Assembly: GCF_006345805.1 (NCBI RefSeq)
Contig: NC_042999.1
Location: 98,642,001 to 98,706,000 of the forward strand
Source of the DNA: Octopus sinensis
Taxonomy: Eukaryota
DNA: 64,000 bases
Direction: 5' to 3'
Positions 11,841-26,296 of the stretch are shown here, piece after piece (within the stretch, counting starts at the first letter, position 1; each line of letters starts with the position of its first letter). The position numbers and the translations under genes were made by a program. Under the pieces are notes generated by a model. The model had not been told where the DNA came from, made no database searches, and saw nothing but the letters and a program-made list of their open reading frames with translations.

Positions 11841-12272
11841 AATGCAAATATACCGCACATAGAAAATATGGAATATTTACCCAAAGTTACCTGGTAGGCC
11901 ACCGTGATGGTTCGGTACCTATTTAAATGGTCAACCGTCATTTAACGAAAATCACTCATTTAACTACTGAGTACATAGCAAAACGTTTGGTATCCAAAGT
12001 GGGTTTCACATACATCAACCGAAAAAAAAAACGGACAAAAAAGAATTCATGGATGTCTTAAAAACGCAATGAAAAATATCTTCAGAAAGCATACATGCGC
12101 CGCAAGGATCTTTGTGGTAAATGCTCCATATTTTATAGGGTAATTTTAAGGTCATATAGACATAAATCATAGCAGCGACTACTTGAGTCGTGATGCACTA
12201 CTTCTGGTGAAATATCTCGGATAAACAAAAAGCTTGGGTGCCTATGGCGATGAACATAGGCACATGAGCAGG

Positions 12273-12276
<4 letters not shown>

Positions 12277-12341
<65 letters not shown>

Positions 12342-12659
12342 AACTTGTTTTAGATCTCTGAGTGAGAGCTATACAGTAACAGTACGGAATAGTAATGTTT
12401 ACATGCCAACAGAACAGTAGCATTGCCCTTTATAGGACTGCCACGTTCTGTTGGCATATAAACATTAATATATATATATATATATAATTACATATATGTA
12501 TATGTGTATATATATATATTATATATATGTATATATGTATATGTATGTATATATATGTATATGTGTGTGTATATATATGTATGTGGGTCTATATATGCAG
12601 TATAAATACATTTCTGTATATAATATATACAAATATATATACATTCTCTCGCTCTCTCT

Positions 12660-12708
<49 letters not shown>

Positions 12709-12715
12709 ATATATA
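12277..12715. repeat. (TA)n-rich microsatellite blocks
   Basis: Directly visible. Confidence 0.9.
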
Positions 12716-13349
12716 ACCGAAACACTGCCACCCTTTCCTCTCCCTACTTACCACAACCTCCCAAGCAAAACCATAGCTTACATCTCTCTTACAGCGACCA
12801 TATCTCTGAAATAAGGAAATGGAACATGTTAGAGGATAAGAGAGGGAAAGAGAGAGAGAGAGAGAAAGAGAGAGGGAAAGAGGGTGAGAGAGAGTTGTTT
12901 TCTAATCAAGAAGAATATTATCTGCTCTGTCTGCTCTATCACTACCTTCAGATTTTCTAGGTAGCCACATCTTCCTAGAATCACGCACTGCCATTTGAAA
13001 CAAAGAGTGGATGGGACAATTTTCGTTCCTAGTACACAAAACAGATGACCGGGCTAAACCTTCGACCGTAGATTGATTAAACCAAGTTGATTTAAAGCTG
13101 AAGAGCAGTGACTATATTTCTTCTAGTCAATGAGAGGACATATTGTACAATGTAGTCTTTTACAGGTGCTTTAAGACAAGATAATGTCTAGTAGGTAAAT
13201 TAGGTGAAAATAACCAAGGGTTGTTTTCCTCCTTGTATATATACATATATATCATATATATATTTTTTTTTCACACACCAACTTTCTCTCTCTCTCACAC
13301 ACACACACACACATATATATATATACATATATATATATGTATGTGTATA

Positions 13350-13388
<39 letters not shown>

Positions 13389-13535
13389 GGTATGTAGAAA
13401 AATACAACATGGACAAGAACGTATAACTCATAGAAGACGATACAATAAACATGGACAGGACATTCGAACCCCTCAGTCTTCAGTCAAGAACCGGATCATC
13501 GTAGTAATTTCGGCTGATTAATATATATATATATA

Positions 13536-13970
13536 GGCGCAGGAGTGGCTGTGTGGTAAGTAGCTTGCTAACCAACCACATGGTTCCGGGTTCAGTCCCA
13601 CTGCGTGGCATCTTGGGAAAGTGTCTTCTGCTATAGCCTCGGGCCGACCAATGCCTTGTGAGTGGATTTGGTAGACGGAAACTGAAAGAAGCCCGTCGTA
13701 TATATGTATATATGTATATGTGTGTGTATATATATGTATATGCGTGTGTGTGTTTGTGTGTCTGTGTTTGTCCCCCCTAGCATTGCTTGACAACCGATGC
13801 TGGTGTGTTTATGTCCCCGTTACTTAGCGGTTCGGCAAAAGAGACCGATAGAATAAGTACTGGGCTTACAAAAGAATAAGTCCCGGGGTCGAGCTGCTCG
13901 ATTAAAGGTGGTGCTCCAGCATGGCCGCAGTCAAATGACTGAAACAAGTAAAAGAGTAAAGAGTAAAGAG
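13536..13970 (+). mobile_element. SINE family B (tRNA head, CORE-like domain, internal TA/TG microsatellite, (GTAAAGA)n tail), full length
   Basis: A-box-like tggctgtgtgg, B-box ggttcagtccc, CORE-like gtggcatcttgggaaagtgtctt. Related copies at 22185, 31506, 40650 (-), 46935 and 51044. Confidence 0.85.
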
Positions 13971-14026
13971 TATATATATATGTGTGTGTGTGTGTGTGTA
14001 TATATGTATGTATGTATATACGTATG

Positions 14027-14123
<97 letters not shown>

Positions 14124-14923
14124 CGTGAAGCAATACGTCGCTGGTTTTGGAATGTAACTGATCAGATTGTTACCACCGATATTGCCAACAGAATGTCAAT
14201 GACTCTTCAGACACACTGACTGGAAGTTATCTAATGCATTGTGACGAAACACTTGAATTATATTCTCTTTACAAATACGGAGTTATACGACGGCGATTGC
14301 TCCGCTATGAATGTATTTACAACACCTAATGAAGTTTACATGAACATGCTTTGAGAGAAAATCATCAACCTCATAAGATGCATGATATGGAAAACCTCTA
14401 AGGAAAGAACTGCCGGTTCCGGCCAGTATATCTGAAGAGTTGTCATTATTGTCAAGCGGTAATATCGTCACGAATGGCAGGTAACTGACCACTTATATGA
14501 CATAACCATAAATATATTACTTGATGATATGAAAATATAAAAGACCAAATGCAGATATTTATGTACGTTTCGAGTAGTTATGTAATATAACTGATATGTA
14601 ATATGATCTTCGTCAGTATGAAAACTTTGCCCGTAAATATACTTAGAAAATCTGCCAAAATACAGAGGATATACTCGAATACACACGCATATATACACAT
14701 ACACACATATACACTCTTTGTCTTATATATTTCTTACTTCTCTACCTATCTTTTTTCTTTGTATCTTCTTTTTCCTCTTGTTTTTATTTTGGAAGGTTTT
14801 CTACAATAATCCGGGCAGATACTAGATATAGGACAAATTTGTATAGTTCTGTATATTCTGAAATGTTGACTGTCGAGTGTAGTATTATGTAATGGGTTTC
14901 TTACGTAACTACTTAAAACGTAT

Positions 14924-14970
14924 ATGTATATATATATGTGTGTATGTATGTGTGTATGTATGTATGTAGG

Positions 14971-15023
<53 letters not shown>

Positions 15024-15072
15024 ATATATATATGTGCATGTATATGTATATATATACGTTTATGCATATATG

Positions 15073-15106
<34 letters not shown>

Positions 15107-15123
15107 ATCTGTATATATATGTA

Positions 15124-15184
<61 letters not shown>

Positions 15185-15304
15185 GTGTGTGTGTGTGTGT
15201 ATGTGCATGTCTATATATATATATATGTATATACATATACCTACACATATGCATATATAACAATATAGGTGTAAATATATATATAGTTATATATCTATCT
15301 ATCT

Positions 15305-15336
<32 letters not shown>

Positions 15337-15746
15337 ATGTATGTGCATCTCTCAGTCTCTCTCTCCCCTTCAATCTCTACTTAAACATGAGTATTTACGC
15401 ACACGACTACATATGTGCATACATGTGTATGCATTTGATGTGACACGGATGTAATGTGACGAAACTTCAGGGCATCATAAACAGAGGTGATTTTTTTTTT
15501 CTTTTTATACAAACGATTCTCAAAGGGCCAAACATACTAGAAAAGAGAAGATTCGTATACACTTGGTATAACATGCTACACTTCATTCCTGTGATATTTT
15601 TCAAATTATACACCACCAATAATATTTTGAATGACATGAGCTAACGTGGGAGTTTCTACTTAATCGTCCATCCCGTTAGAAATATGAACGAAATCTCCAT
15701 AGAATCATACCCTACTGTTTCAAAATAGGATATATTGTATTATGTA

Positions 15747-15823
<77 letters not shown>

Positions 15824-16170
15824 TATATATGTATATATGTATATATATATATATAATATAATATATAATACATGTAATATTAATATAATATATAATACAT
15901 GTAATATATATATATAATATAATATATAATACATGTAATATATATATATAATATAATATATAATACATGTAATATATATAATATATACGCACACACACAT
16001 AAATGCATACATATACATGCACACACACATACACATATTTATTTATATATATATTTATACACTTGTATATACATACATATTTACATGCATATATATATAT
16101 ATATATGTATATATATCATATGTGTGTTTATGTATTAATGTGTATATATATATAAATATATATATGTATA
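14924..16170. repeat. (TA)/(TG) microsatellite blocks and an AT-rich minisatellite with core aatataatatataatacatgt
   Basis: Directly visible at 14924-15330 and 15745-16170. Confidence 0.9.
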
Positions 16171-17324
16171 ACTACAGTATGTCATATGCGATAGAACAGA
16201 ACAGAAAGTTTTGTAGCCTATGTTTATTCACTCAGAGCTGATGTGGACCAAAACGAAAAGAACAACCATTTCAAATTTGAACGACAAACTCATCACTGAA
16301 AGTACTTGAAGTCAAAGCAACCAAAAAAATCCCAAACTGGCTGCATGATTTGCTAAAAATAATGGCTCAGTATTTCTCAAATTTCACCCTTCAGTCTTCA
16401 ATTAGATAAATACTGAATTATAGGGAAGGACATATTAGATAATGTAGTCCTTAATAAATAAAGAGTGAAAAACAAAAGAACCATGAGATGCTCATAGCTG
16501 GAATTTCTATGATCAGATCTGCTCTCCTTCGACAGACTAGGGATGTTGGAGTTCTAGCTAGGTGTGAGGGAGACCCCTGCCACCAAAAAACTCCAAACAG
16601 CACCTTAAATTGTCATAGGTTATTTATCGACAGTAGTTCCTTATATGGTACTTATTTTATTCATCTTGAACAGGAAGATAAGCAAAGTCATTCTGAGGAT
16701 AAAGGCCTGTAATGGCATCAGACCAGAATGCTTCAATTCTTCCATGCTTTGGAATTCTGATGCATTTGAAACTGACTCATGACTCATTAATACTTTTTAG
16801 ATAACTCCAAAGCTTTTTAGATAACTCCATTGAGCCTGTCTTTTGTTGCAAAGAACATTGTGCATCTGGAGCTGCATTGTATAATTTGTCCTTGCTATTT
16901 TTAAGAATGTAGGGTCTGATTTGAGGGAGATTTAGCATTTATTTCCAGCAGGATGATCACCTGTCTAGAGATTCAGTTGCTGTCTCTGGGTGTTGTAGAT
17001 GTGATTAGGGATGTATATAAATACCATACAGAGACTCCATTGTTTGGTTCACTTCTGCAAATGGGAGTGGCTGTCCAAGTAATATTAACCAGGGATTTAT
17101 TAGCCAGCAGATCTGAGTTTAATTTCTGTGTATGGCTACAAGAGGAAATGGATCCAACTGGTCTCTTCTTTAAGTTCACAGATTCAACTATATCATTGAT
17201 GGATGTCTGCAATCAGCAAAAGTCAAGTAATTCACTTTATTATCTGACAATAGACAGTGTTTCACCTCTGTTTAACTGGTGATATATTTGTTGTAGAAGT
17301 TACTACAAATTTCTTCTCTATAAG

Positions 17325-17475
17325 GAGTAACATAGACTTTTTCATGGGGAGTATAAAGGATTCTTCTACAGAGAATATCACAGATATTTCTATGGTTTTC
17401 ATAAATTTTTCTATGAAGAATATCATTGATATTTTTATAGCTGAATATCATGGACTTTTCTGTGGTGAATATCAT
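17325..17475. repeat. Degenerate ~24-bp minisatellite
   Basis: About 6 units resembling gaatatcatagatatttctatgg. Confidence 0.6.
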
Positions 17476-17805
17476 TACTGCCTTATTTACCTCACCACGC
17501 TCTCCTATATTGTGACTACCATAATATTTACTATCTTCATTATTTATGTTGTATTGTAACCTCAGTGATATGAACATTCTTACTTCATAGGGAGTATCAT
17601 GAAAATGTTATATCCAAGTCCTTATTGGGAACTTTTATATCTCTTCTGGTCCTTAGTGGGGGCTTTAAGACATGTCTAAACCTTAAAATACTCTCTCCTT
17701 GTTTCTTCTGGTGTATTGTCATAGCCCTTACAATTATTACCTCATTTCTTCCATAGTACTTTCACACAGTTGATGTGGTAATATTTTATTCTGACCAATG
17801 AGGAG

Positions 17806-17843
<38 letters not shown>

Positions 17844-18514
17844 CTGATTTGAAACTTGAAAATGAGGCACGATTTTGTATTAATTATATTACTGCAAGTG
17901 CTGCTGTTTCCTCTATGACTTGTTGTCTTTGACATTGTTTTGCTTGTTGTAGCTGTTGTAAATTCTATTATTTTGTTTTTCTTGTTCTTTATTTTATTGC
18001 TATAATTGTTTTTAATGCTATTGCTGCAGTTTTTGAATCTCAGCACATCCCTGATTTAAGGCATTCCAGCCATGTCTACCCATTATTTTTTTCCTATTAA
18101 ATTTTGGAATTTAAAAATGTATATAGAACCACATTATCCAGTGTATCTTCTCTACTTTTTCATATATACAGTGTAATTTAAGAGAGATTTAGCAACTATT
18201 TCTAGCAAGTCAAGTAACCATATAGTAGTTCCTTTAAAGCCTTGTTGTTTCTTTTGTAATTGCTATCAGATTAAAATAAGAGAAAGAAGAGAAAAGTTAA
18301 ACTAATGGAACAAAACTAGCAACTTTAAGATCTACATTACACATGTTTTGCACTCATATACAGTTGATGGAACAGCCACGCTAGTGAAACATAAGAATCA
18401 TTGGCAATTCAGGGAACTTGCTAACAAAATGAAAGTTGATTTATTTACTTGACCCTAATTTAAAACTATAACACTACTGGCAGTTCACCCTAAGTCACAT
18501 TTTATAGTCCGATA

Positions 18515-18855
18515 GACAATTTGACTAAAATTACATTTGGCAGTTTGGTAAGGAATTTAATTGAAGTTGCACAAGTCAGTCAGTCTAATAGTAAATTTAG
18601 CTAAAATTTATGTAGGGCAGCTTGGTAGGGAATTTGACTAAAATTACACATAGCAGACTACTATGGAATTTCGCATTTTACTACATATAATAGTTTGTTA
18701 AAGAACTTGATTAAAGTCGCATATAACATTTGCTAGGGAATTTAACTTCAGTTACACATGACAGTCCAGTAGATACTTTAACTGAAGTCACATGAGTTAG
18801 TCTGCTACAAAATTTGGCTAAACTCATTAGTAGTCTGCTGGGAAATTTGACTACT
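18515..18855. repeat. Degenerate ~35-bp minisatellite
   Basis: About 9-10 units resembling gaatttgactaaaattacacatggcagtttggtagg. Confidence 0.65.
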
Positions 18856-19142
18856 AGGAAAGTAGCAGTGAAATGGTTAATGAAGAAACTTTAGCATTAA
18901 TGAAAGAAACCCTTCCATTCTGAAGAGTTCTTTGTAACTTCTATGAGGATTACTTTTCTTACAGCCAAGATATTTATTTACAGGCTGTCTTGTAGAATAT
19001 ATGAAGAGTTAGAACAAAGTTTGTGACACTATATTAATAAAAAAGGCTATTATATAGGCTAATGTTTATGCCTACAGTAGTAAGGTGGAAATGCCTGAAC
19101 ACTGACGAAGATATTAAAGTAATGCATACATACATAAAATGA

Positions 19143-19178
<36 letters not shown>

Positions 19179-21929
19179 GCAGAAACATTAGCATGCTGGA
19201 CAAAATGTTTAGCACCATACCAGCCAAGAGATCAGTGGTCTGTATTCCATTCCCATCATTGCATTTTAATCAGGGTTTTAATCCTTTACAATTCACTTAG
19301 AGGACAATTGATATGACAGAACTTATTGACTCAAGCAAAGAGCCAAACTGAAACTTTGTAGAGGTTTGTTAACTTTTAGTGATGAGTTCTACTCATTCTG
19401 TGATTATAGTTTAAAAAAAGAACAGGTTCCATCAAGTCTACTTGATTTGAGATATGTTATATGAAGACAATAAGCTAATGAAGGATCCTTTATGTAGTTA
19501 CTCAGCCAGCTAGAAATATCAGCCAAATCTCATTTAAACTCCTACCACAACCAACATTTTATAAAGCATACATTGAATATGATAACCTGAGATACACTGT
19601 TTATATTTAAAAAATAATAAACCGCATGGTCATGGCTTGAATGTCTTTTATGATAGGCCTTTTGCATCAGGGCTGACCAAAACAACATCAGCAACTCTAA
19701 GTTCCTTTGAAACCAATGAACCAAATTCTAGATGTCCCTCTTAGGTTCGTTGGACCTATATGCCTTCTGTAAAGTAACATCTTTTAGAAATGACACAAAC
19801 ATATACAAATATGCTACACACTTAAATTAAAGAAATAACAAATCAAGGAAAATGCTTGAATGGATAACGACCTCAGCTGCTTGTCTAACCTCTTTATCCA
19901 CACGGGGACATCTTTTAGTTTTTCAATTAGCTGAAGATGAAGCATTAAGTCTGCTGCAGAAGTAGACCATTATCCTATTCAGTGAGGAATTTTTCTCGCA
20001 TCTGCATAAGTCAATGTAAGCCAGAGAGAGCTATGAACCATTATTGATTATGAACAGATGAAATGATTAATTAAAAGTAATTTTTATAAGTTTCTGTAGC
20101 AAAGTCAGACAGGTAACCAGTAAAACTTTGATCAATTAATCTCTTTGTTTAATAACCTAAGATAAATACAAAGAAGAACTGGTATTAAGAAACATTCACT
20201 TCTTTGAAGTAGACTAGATGTCCCTTCTGAAAGAAGTGATATGGCTCATCTGATAATAACTTCCAAAAGCAGTCTTAAACAAAGCCATTATGAATCCCTA
20301 CAATTTATAAAGGATTAACTAAATTCTATTCCTATTCAGATGAAAAATAACTCTCCTTTAAGATAGGGCACCAGTCAAACTTGAATATTATTCCTATAAG
20401 ATCTAGTAACTATTTTCAACTGTGTTATAGAAATATAATATATAATTGTTTAAATTATTTGAAAGTTATTGAATTATTTGATTAGCAGAACAAGTAAATT
20501 GGCTCCTAAGAATTATAAATCACTATGATAGACTGTGGCTGAGACTAACTTGTTAGGCAAGAAAGCTGAATGAAAGTGCTCATCGAATTTGCAAGCCCAT
20601 TCAATCAGGTGAACTTCATGTTACAAATTCTTAGTTTCAGTATTTAAAAGTAATGCCTGAAGGGAAAATGCAGACAGGGTGAAAACCAGAGTTCAAGTTC
20701 AAATGATTGCAACAGAGTGAACCTTACAAAAGACACTCAAGGACCAGGTGGTATGTTGAACTGTATGACATCTTAGACCTGCCACCCAAATGCCAATACA
20801 ATTTTAAAATCTCAAAGAAAGTCCATAAATATCTACCACAAACATACACAATATTATATGCAACCATCTAAATAGACATTATATATATTCTTAATAAATA
20901 TTTATAAAATTATGCATGTATTTTCCTATATCTCTTTTTTTCTTCTTCTGTTTTTACTTTTCCATCATTTACTCATTAATCATTGACATAATTAATAATC
21001 TAATTAAATGCATACATTTCTGACGTTGCATAGAAACATTAAAGAAAGAAAAATTACTCCTACAAATTAGTGGAACTTCTGGCAATAAAATTTGTCTGTT
21101 GATGCTAGAAAAATATGCATTTCAATAAATTTTCAAAAAAATCAAAAATTCAGAAAAGTTTAGGGAAAAAGCTGTAACTATATTTATTAGCTTTATTAAA
21201 CTGTTAAACAAAGTAGAAGTTAGTGAAAGCTTCTTACATAAAACTATGGTACACATTTTGCCAACTGAAATCACATTATAATTCATGAAATAATTAGATT
21301 AGTGTTGAAATATATTTAATTATGAATATTCTAATAGAGGCAATTCAAAAAATTTAAAGAGGGTTGGTAACTTGTAACAAGACAGATCTGTTGTGGACTG
21401 GTTTCAGAAGGTGGGCTTCAAAAGTTGTGATGGTATATTTTTAAGAAGTTTGCTTCACAACCACATGGTTCTGAGTTCAATTTCAATGCATGGCAACTTG
21501 GATAAGTGTCTACACACACACACATTCTCACATACTCATTAGAGCATCAAATAAAACGCCTTGCAGTATTTGTATTGATTATCTGCAAACTGAGTTTAAA
21601 TCCTTTCAGTGACAAAAACAAAAAAAAAAAGGTATTGAACTAAGGCCATGAATTGGCTGATGCATAAGAATATCAATATGCCTTGTGATATTTATGCTGG
21701 CTGTTTGTGTTTTGAGTTCAAACCCCACCAAGGCCTGCTTGGGTGGCTGACTTAGTCTACCAACTGGTCTAACACCACCATCTAGGACCTTGGGTGCTCT
21801 TAGTAGAGATCACTCTGCCGCAAGAAATAAGACCAGTTCAAGTACAGATGTCAAGTAGTAATGCAGTACAACTGTTTCAAGTGTCTCCATATAATTGAAA
21901 AATGGCTTGGACGGTGTAATGTGTCACCA

Positions 21930-22137
21930 GCACTGGCTATAACAATGATTCGACTTGGTTTGACGGATCTTCTCAAGCAACTCATCAAAGGTCACAATCA
22001 CCTGTCATCACCTCCGTGAGGCCCCACATTCAAAGATCATGCTTCACCACCTCATCCTATGTCTTACTGGGTCTACTTCTTCCACAAGATCCCTCCACAG
22101 TTAGAGATCGGCACTTCTTTACACAGCTCACTATCTT
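21930..22137 (-). mobile_element. RTE-clade LINE 3' fragment
   Basis: Reverse complement encodes GSCGRSRPSKT*DEVVKHDL, homologous to 52290-52440. Confidence 0.7.
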
Positions 22138-22184
22138 ATGATCATGAAAGCAACACACTAACCAGTAAATCACAAACCTCCATG

Positions 22185-22341
22185 AGGAGTGGCAGTGTGG
22201 TAAGTAGCTTGCTTACCAACCACATGGTTCCGGGTTCAGTCCCACTGCATGGCACCTTGGGCAAGTGTCTTCTACTATAGCCTAGGGCTGGCCAAAGCCT
22301 TGTGAGTGGATTTGGTAGACAGAAACTGAAAGAAGCCTGTC

Positions 22342-22378
<37 letters not shown>

Positions 22379-22592
22379 CATATGTTTGTGCGTCTGTATT
22401 TGTTTCCCCCTCCCACCAATGCTTGACAACCGATGTTGTGTGTTTACGTCCCCATAATTTAGTGGTTTGGCAAAAAGAGACCGATAGAATAAGTACCAGG
22501 TTTACAAAGAATAAGTCCTGGGGTCGATTTTCTTGACTAAAGGCAGTGCTCCAGCATGGCCACAGTTAAATGACTGAAACAAATAAAAGAAT
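22185..22592 (+). mobile_element. SINE family B copy
   Basis: Aligns end to end with 13536-13970, with several CpG to TpG/CpA changes. Confidence 0.85.
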
Positions 22593-23429
22593 AGTAGATA
22601 GAACTATTAATTAACAAAAACAAAAATGAATAAAACAGGTTTCGTGTGTTCTTAAATAACTGAAGTAATTCTCTTATGGTACAGATGTTACAGCTTTAAT
22701 ATGCAGTCATTAACCAAAAACACCTCTGGAATTATCGGTAGATAAATAGATAGATAGAACTCAACTGTTTTCACTCTGTCTGTTTGTCTGTCTATTTATC
22801 TATCTGTCTATCTATCATTACTGTTTTAATAGCCTGCAAGAAAAAAAAAAATTATGTAACTGAGCATTAAAGAGTTAATGATGGCAATTTTTAATATTTA
22901 TACATCTTATTTTCATCTTTTATCTTTGTACATGATTTCATTTATGGCTTTACTTTTGCTTGTCACAATATATCCCTGAGGTATACATTCAGCACATGAC
23001 TGTAACACACACACACAGACACACACGTGAACGCACACAGACACACACATGAACGCACACAGACACACATGTGCATGCATACATACATGCACATGTGTGC
23101 TCACAAACATTGTGTGTTGTTTTTTTTTTTCCTGTTAATGGAGCATGTTTTATTATATATTGATGTAATTTGTCTTTGACTGTATGTAGTTAGCATGCTT
23201 GTCTGTAGATGTGATGCAGCAGCAATGCATATGCATATATATAGCAAGAGAGAGTCTTATTACTTAGACAACAAAACTATAGAATTTTGGCTCATTGGTA
23301 ATGTGATTTGATCAACAACGTTGAGTTTATTGTCATTCAATAAAACATTAGGATTGATATAATCAACTAACCCCTCCCCACAAATTTCTAGCCTTGTACC
23401 TATTTTAGAAATTATTATTATTATTATTA

Positions 23430-23650
23430 AGATGGCATGCTGCCAGAATCATTATTGCACTGAACAAAAATTGCTTAGTGATATTTTTTCTGGTTTAACT
23501 TCCCAAGTTCTAATGCCACTGAGGTTGACTTTGCTTTTTTATCTTTTTAAGATTGGTGGTAATAACTACCAGCTGTATATTAGGGTCGAAGTAATTGATT
23601 AGACCCCTCCCCTAAAATTTCAGGCCTTGTACCTATAATAGGAAGGACCA
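23430..23650 (+). mobile_element. SINE family A copy (diverged)
   Basis: gaggttgactttgc...aaattttcaggccttgtacctata. Confidence 0.7.
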
Positions 23651-23729
23651 CCACCATCATTATCATCATTGCTGTCGCTGCCACCGTCGTCATCGTCACG
23701 CCGTTGTCATCATCATCATCATCAAGACA

Positions 23730-24640
23730 GAGCAGCATTTCATCCATCTTTCTTAGGAATCTTGCAGAATATAGGATGGAATTTTTCTGCCTTTTGACAA
23801 TGCAAGTTTCACTTCCAATATCTTTCAATCTTTTAGGTAGCATTTTGGGTGTTGTGCCAAGTACACCAACTACTGTTGGAATAATTGTTGTCTTAGTCTT
23901 CCACAGTCTCTTCAGCTCTCTGGCTGGATCCAATTTCTTTGGTATTGATTCTGATATAAGGAACTGCAATGCCTATGATCATACACTGTTTGTTTATTTT
24001 GTTCTCTGTAATCATATTTGGTCTTTTTGCATCAATATTATGGTCAGTCTTTATTTGGAAGTCTCATAAAATTGTGTAATACTCATTTTCTATCACAGCC
24101 TCTGGCTTGTGTTCATACCACTTTTCTGTTACCTACACAATCATGTCTGTGCTTATACTATTTTTCTACTAGTATATTGCATTCACTCAAGATATGATTG
24201 ATACTTTCATTTCCATTTCTATAGATTCTACATTTGCTGTGTAGGTTTTGATGATCTTTGTCTTTATCATATTTGTTCCATGGCAAGAACATTTCAGGTT
24301 CTTATGTGTTAGCCAGAGTCAGCAATTTTTACTCCCAACATTCTGTTTGTTGCATGAATTGGCCATGTAATTCCATTTCTTTCCATTTTCTTGCTCTCTT
24401 GATCTTTCTCCTAATTCTTCCATGTTTCATTTACTTTACAGTATCTCTAGCTGCCAATAGTATTCTTTCTTTATCCTTCACAATATAGTTTTTCAATCCC
24501 ATTATCATTATACTAAAGGAGTCTCCTGTGTTTAGTAATCCTCTGCCTTCTTCCTTTCTTGGTAGACAGAGTCTGTTGGTCTTACTTTTAAGATGGTGTG
24601 CATTGAGCATTCTCAGCACCTCTTCAGTTCTATCCAAGAA
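23730..24640 (-). mobile_element. R4/Dong-like (RLE-type) non-LTR retrotransposon 3' fragment, decayed
   Basis: Translated motifs RLCLPRKEEGRGL (cf. RLYxPRxxGGRGL) and ELKRLWKTKTTIIPTVVGVLG...QKNSILYSARFLRK; broken by stops and frameshifts. Confidence 0.75.
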
Positions 24641-25107
24641 GCATTTTCTTTTCTTCTAGCTCTTTATGTCCTGAGTTCAAACTCTGCTGAAGCTAACTTT
24701 GACTTTTATCCTATTATGGTTCATTAAATAAGTACCAGTCGAGCACTGGAATTGATGTAATGGATAAGCCCCCTGAGTGTAATTAGTCAGAACAAATATT
24801 GCAGGGCATATTGTCCAACTCTCTGATAATTCTGCCAATTTGTTGCTAATAGGTAACATAGTCCTGCTTACACTGTGCCAGATATAATAACAAAATAATC
24901 ACTACTAGAACATGTTTTATCAAAAATCTTTCCTATTAAGACTGATTTGGAGTTGGAATTCATACAAGTACTCTTATCTAAAGGATACTCTAATCAGTAA
25001 CCTTAGGCTGGTATGAAAATGTTTGTTCATATTATTTGATATTGTATTATTATATAATGACCAATCCCTGGACAGGCCTATGATCAAAGTTGTTTTAACT
25101 ACAAAGA

Positions 25108-25205
25108 TGGTGCAGCCTCCTGGTTTGCCAGTCCTCAGTCAAACCATCCAAACCATGCCAGCATGGAAAGTGGACGTTAAACGACAATGATGGTGATGAT
25201 GATGA
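25108..25205 (+). mobile_element. RTE LINE 3' tail fragment with (GAT)n end
   Basis: cagcatggaaagtggacgttaaacgac...gatgatgatg, matching 52980-53055. Confidence 0.65.
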
Positions 25206-26296
25206 AAAACGTACTACATTTAGCCATTCTATCTTTGTGCATGGCCATAGCTACATCATATATGTTTCGTTTTCTTTAAGATGGTAGAGTAAGATATAAG
25301 GTAGATTTGGCTGCTGTTTCTACCAGATTGAGTGACTATGTAGAAAATCTCTTGTTGTCATATATTCTACATAGTTGTTAATCAGCTTAATGTAGCAACC
25401 ATATCTTTTCGGCAAAAGGAATGCTTTGTTCAGTTTTCAAATTTCGAGTCTTATGACTTTCTAGCAAAGCTGATTAGGAATATTCAATGAAAAATATTTA
25501 TGTAATGTTAGATAAAGCAACAATGAAATAATGGTAAGTGCTTTCTTTTGACTGTTTGGTACTCGTCACTTACAGAAGAAACAGTATTTTTCTTTCTTCT
25601 CTTCTTTCTTCAAGAAAGATCATTTTCTTTAAGTCATGTCATATGGAGAACATACATAGTCGCAGCTATTGTTGTTTGGCCTCTGTCTGTGCTTATCTAG
25701 CAGAACTTTGAAGATGTACAAGCTGAGGTAATTTAGTATTTTCCAGGCATAGTAAATCTAGGAATACATTAGTTAAATGTATCTTTTAAGCACAGATTTG
25801 ATTGTAATCTGTCACATGTCAAACATCTATGTAAAGACTGTTTGTTTATGTGAGGTCTTTGTGGTAATAATTGTATAGCTCCAGCTCTATCTTCATCAAC
25901 CAAACATATGATCAAAAGATGTTCCAAACAGGAGAATTTGACTTTCTTTCAAGTACTCTATGCATTCATCATTGTCTTTTTGGAGACAGTAAGGTGTTAT
26001 TTGAAGGAGATTTAGCTGCTGTCTATAGTGTGTCAAGCATCTTTATAGAGGCTCTGTCCTTTTGTTTGAGCAAAATTGTTCTTGTCATTTAGGTCATGTC
26101 TATCCAATGTGAATAAGGGACATTTTGTTGTTATTAAGCATCTGCATGAAGACCCAGTCATTTGTTCAAGCAAAGTACAAGGTTCAAGCAGTAATAGTGA
26201 AACCTGTATAGTTGTATATTAACCAAAAGAGTTTTCATGATACAATGTGAGAAAACAAAGAAGGTAAATCAGTAATCACATCAAGTAACATTTAAT

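Noticed and set aside
13536-13610. tRNA gene
   Set aside because: A/B-box-like motifs belong to a multi-copy SINE head; no cloverleaf seen.
10944-16241. Numerous YIYI/MYVC/HTHT ORFs
   Set aside because: Translations of (TA)n, (TG)n and (ATGT)n microsatellites.
18515-18855. CRISPR-like array (also considered for 47638-48167 and 52590-52915)
   Set aside because: No constant repeat with unique spacers, no cas genes, and the context is eukaryotic.
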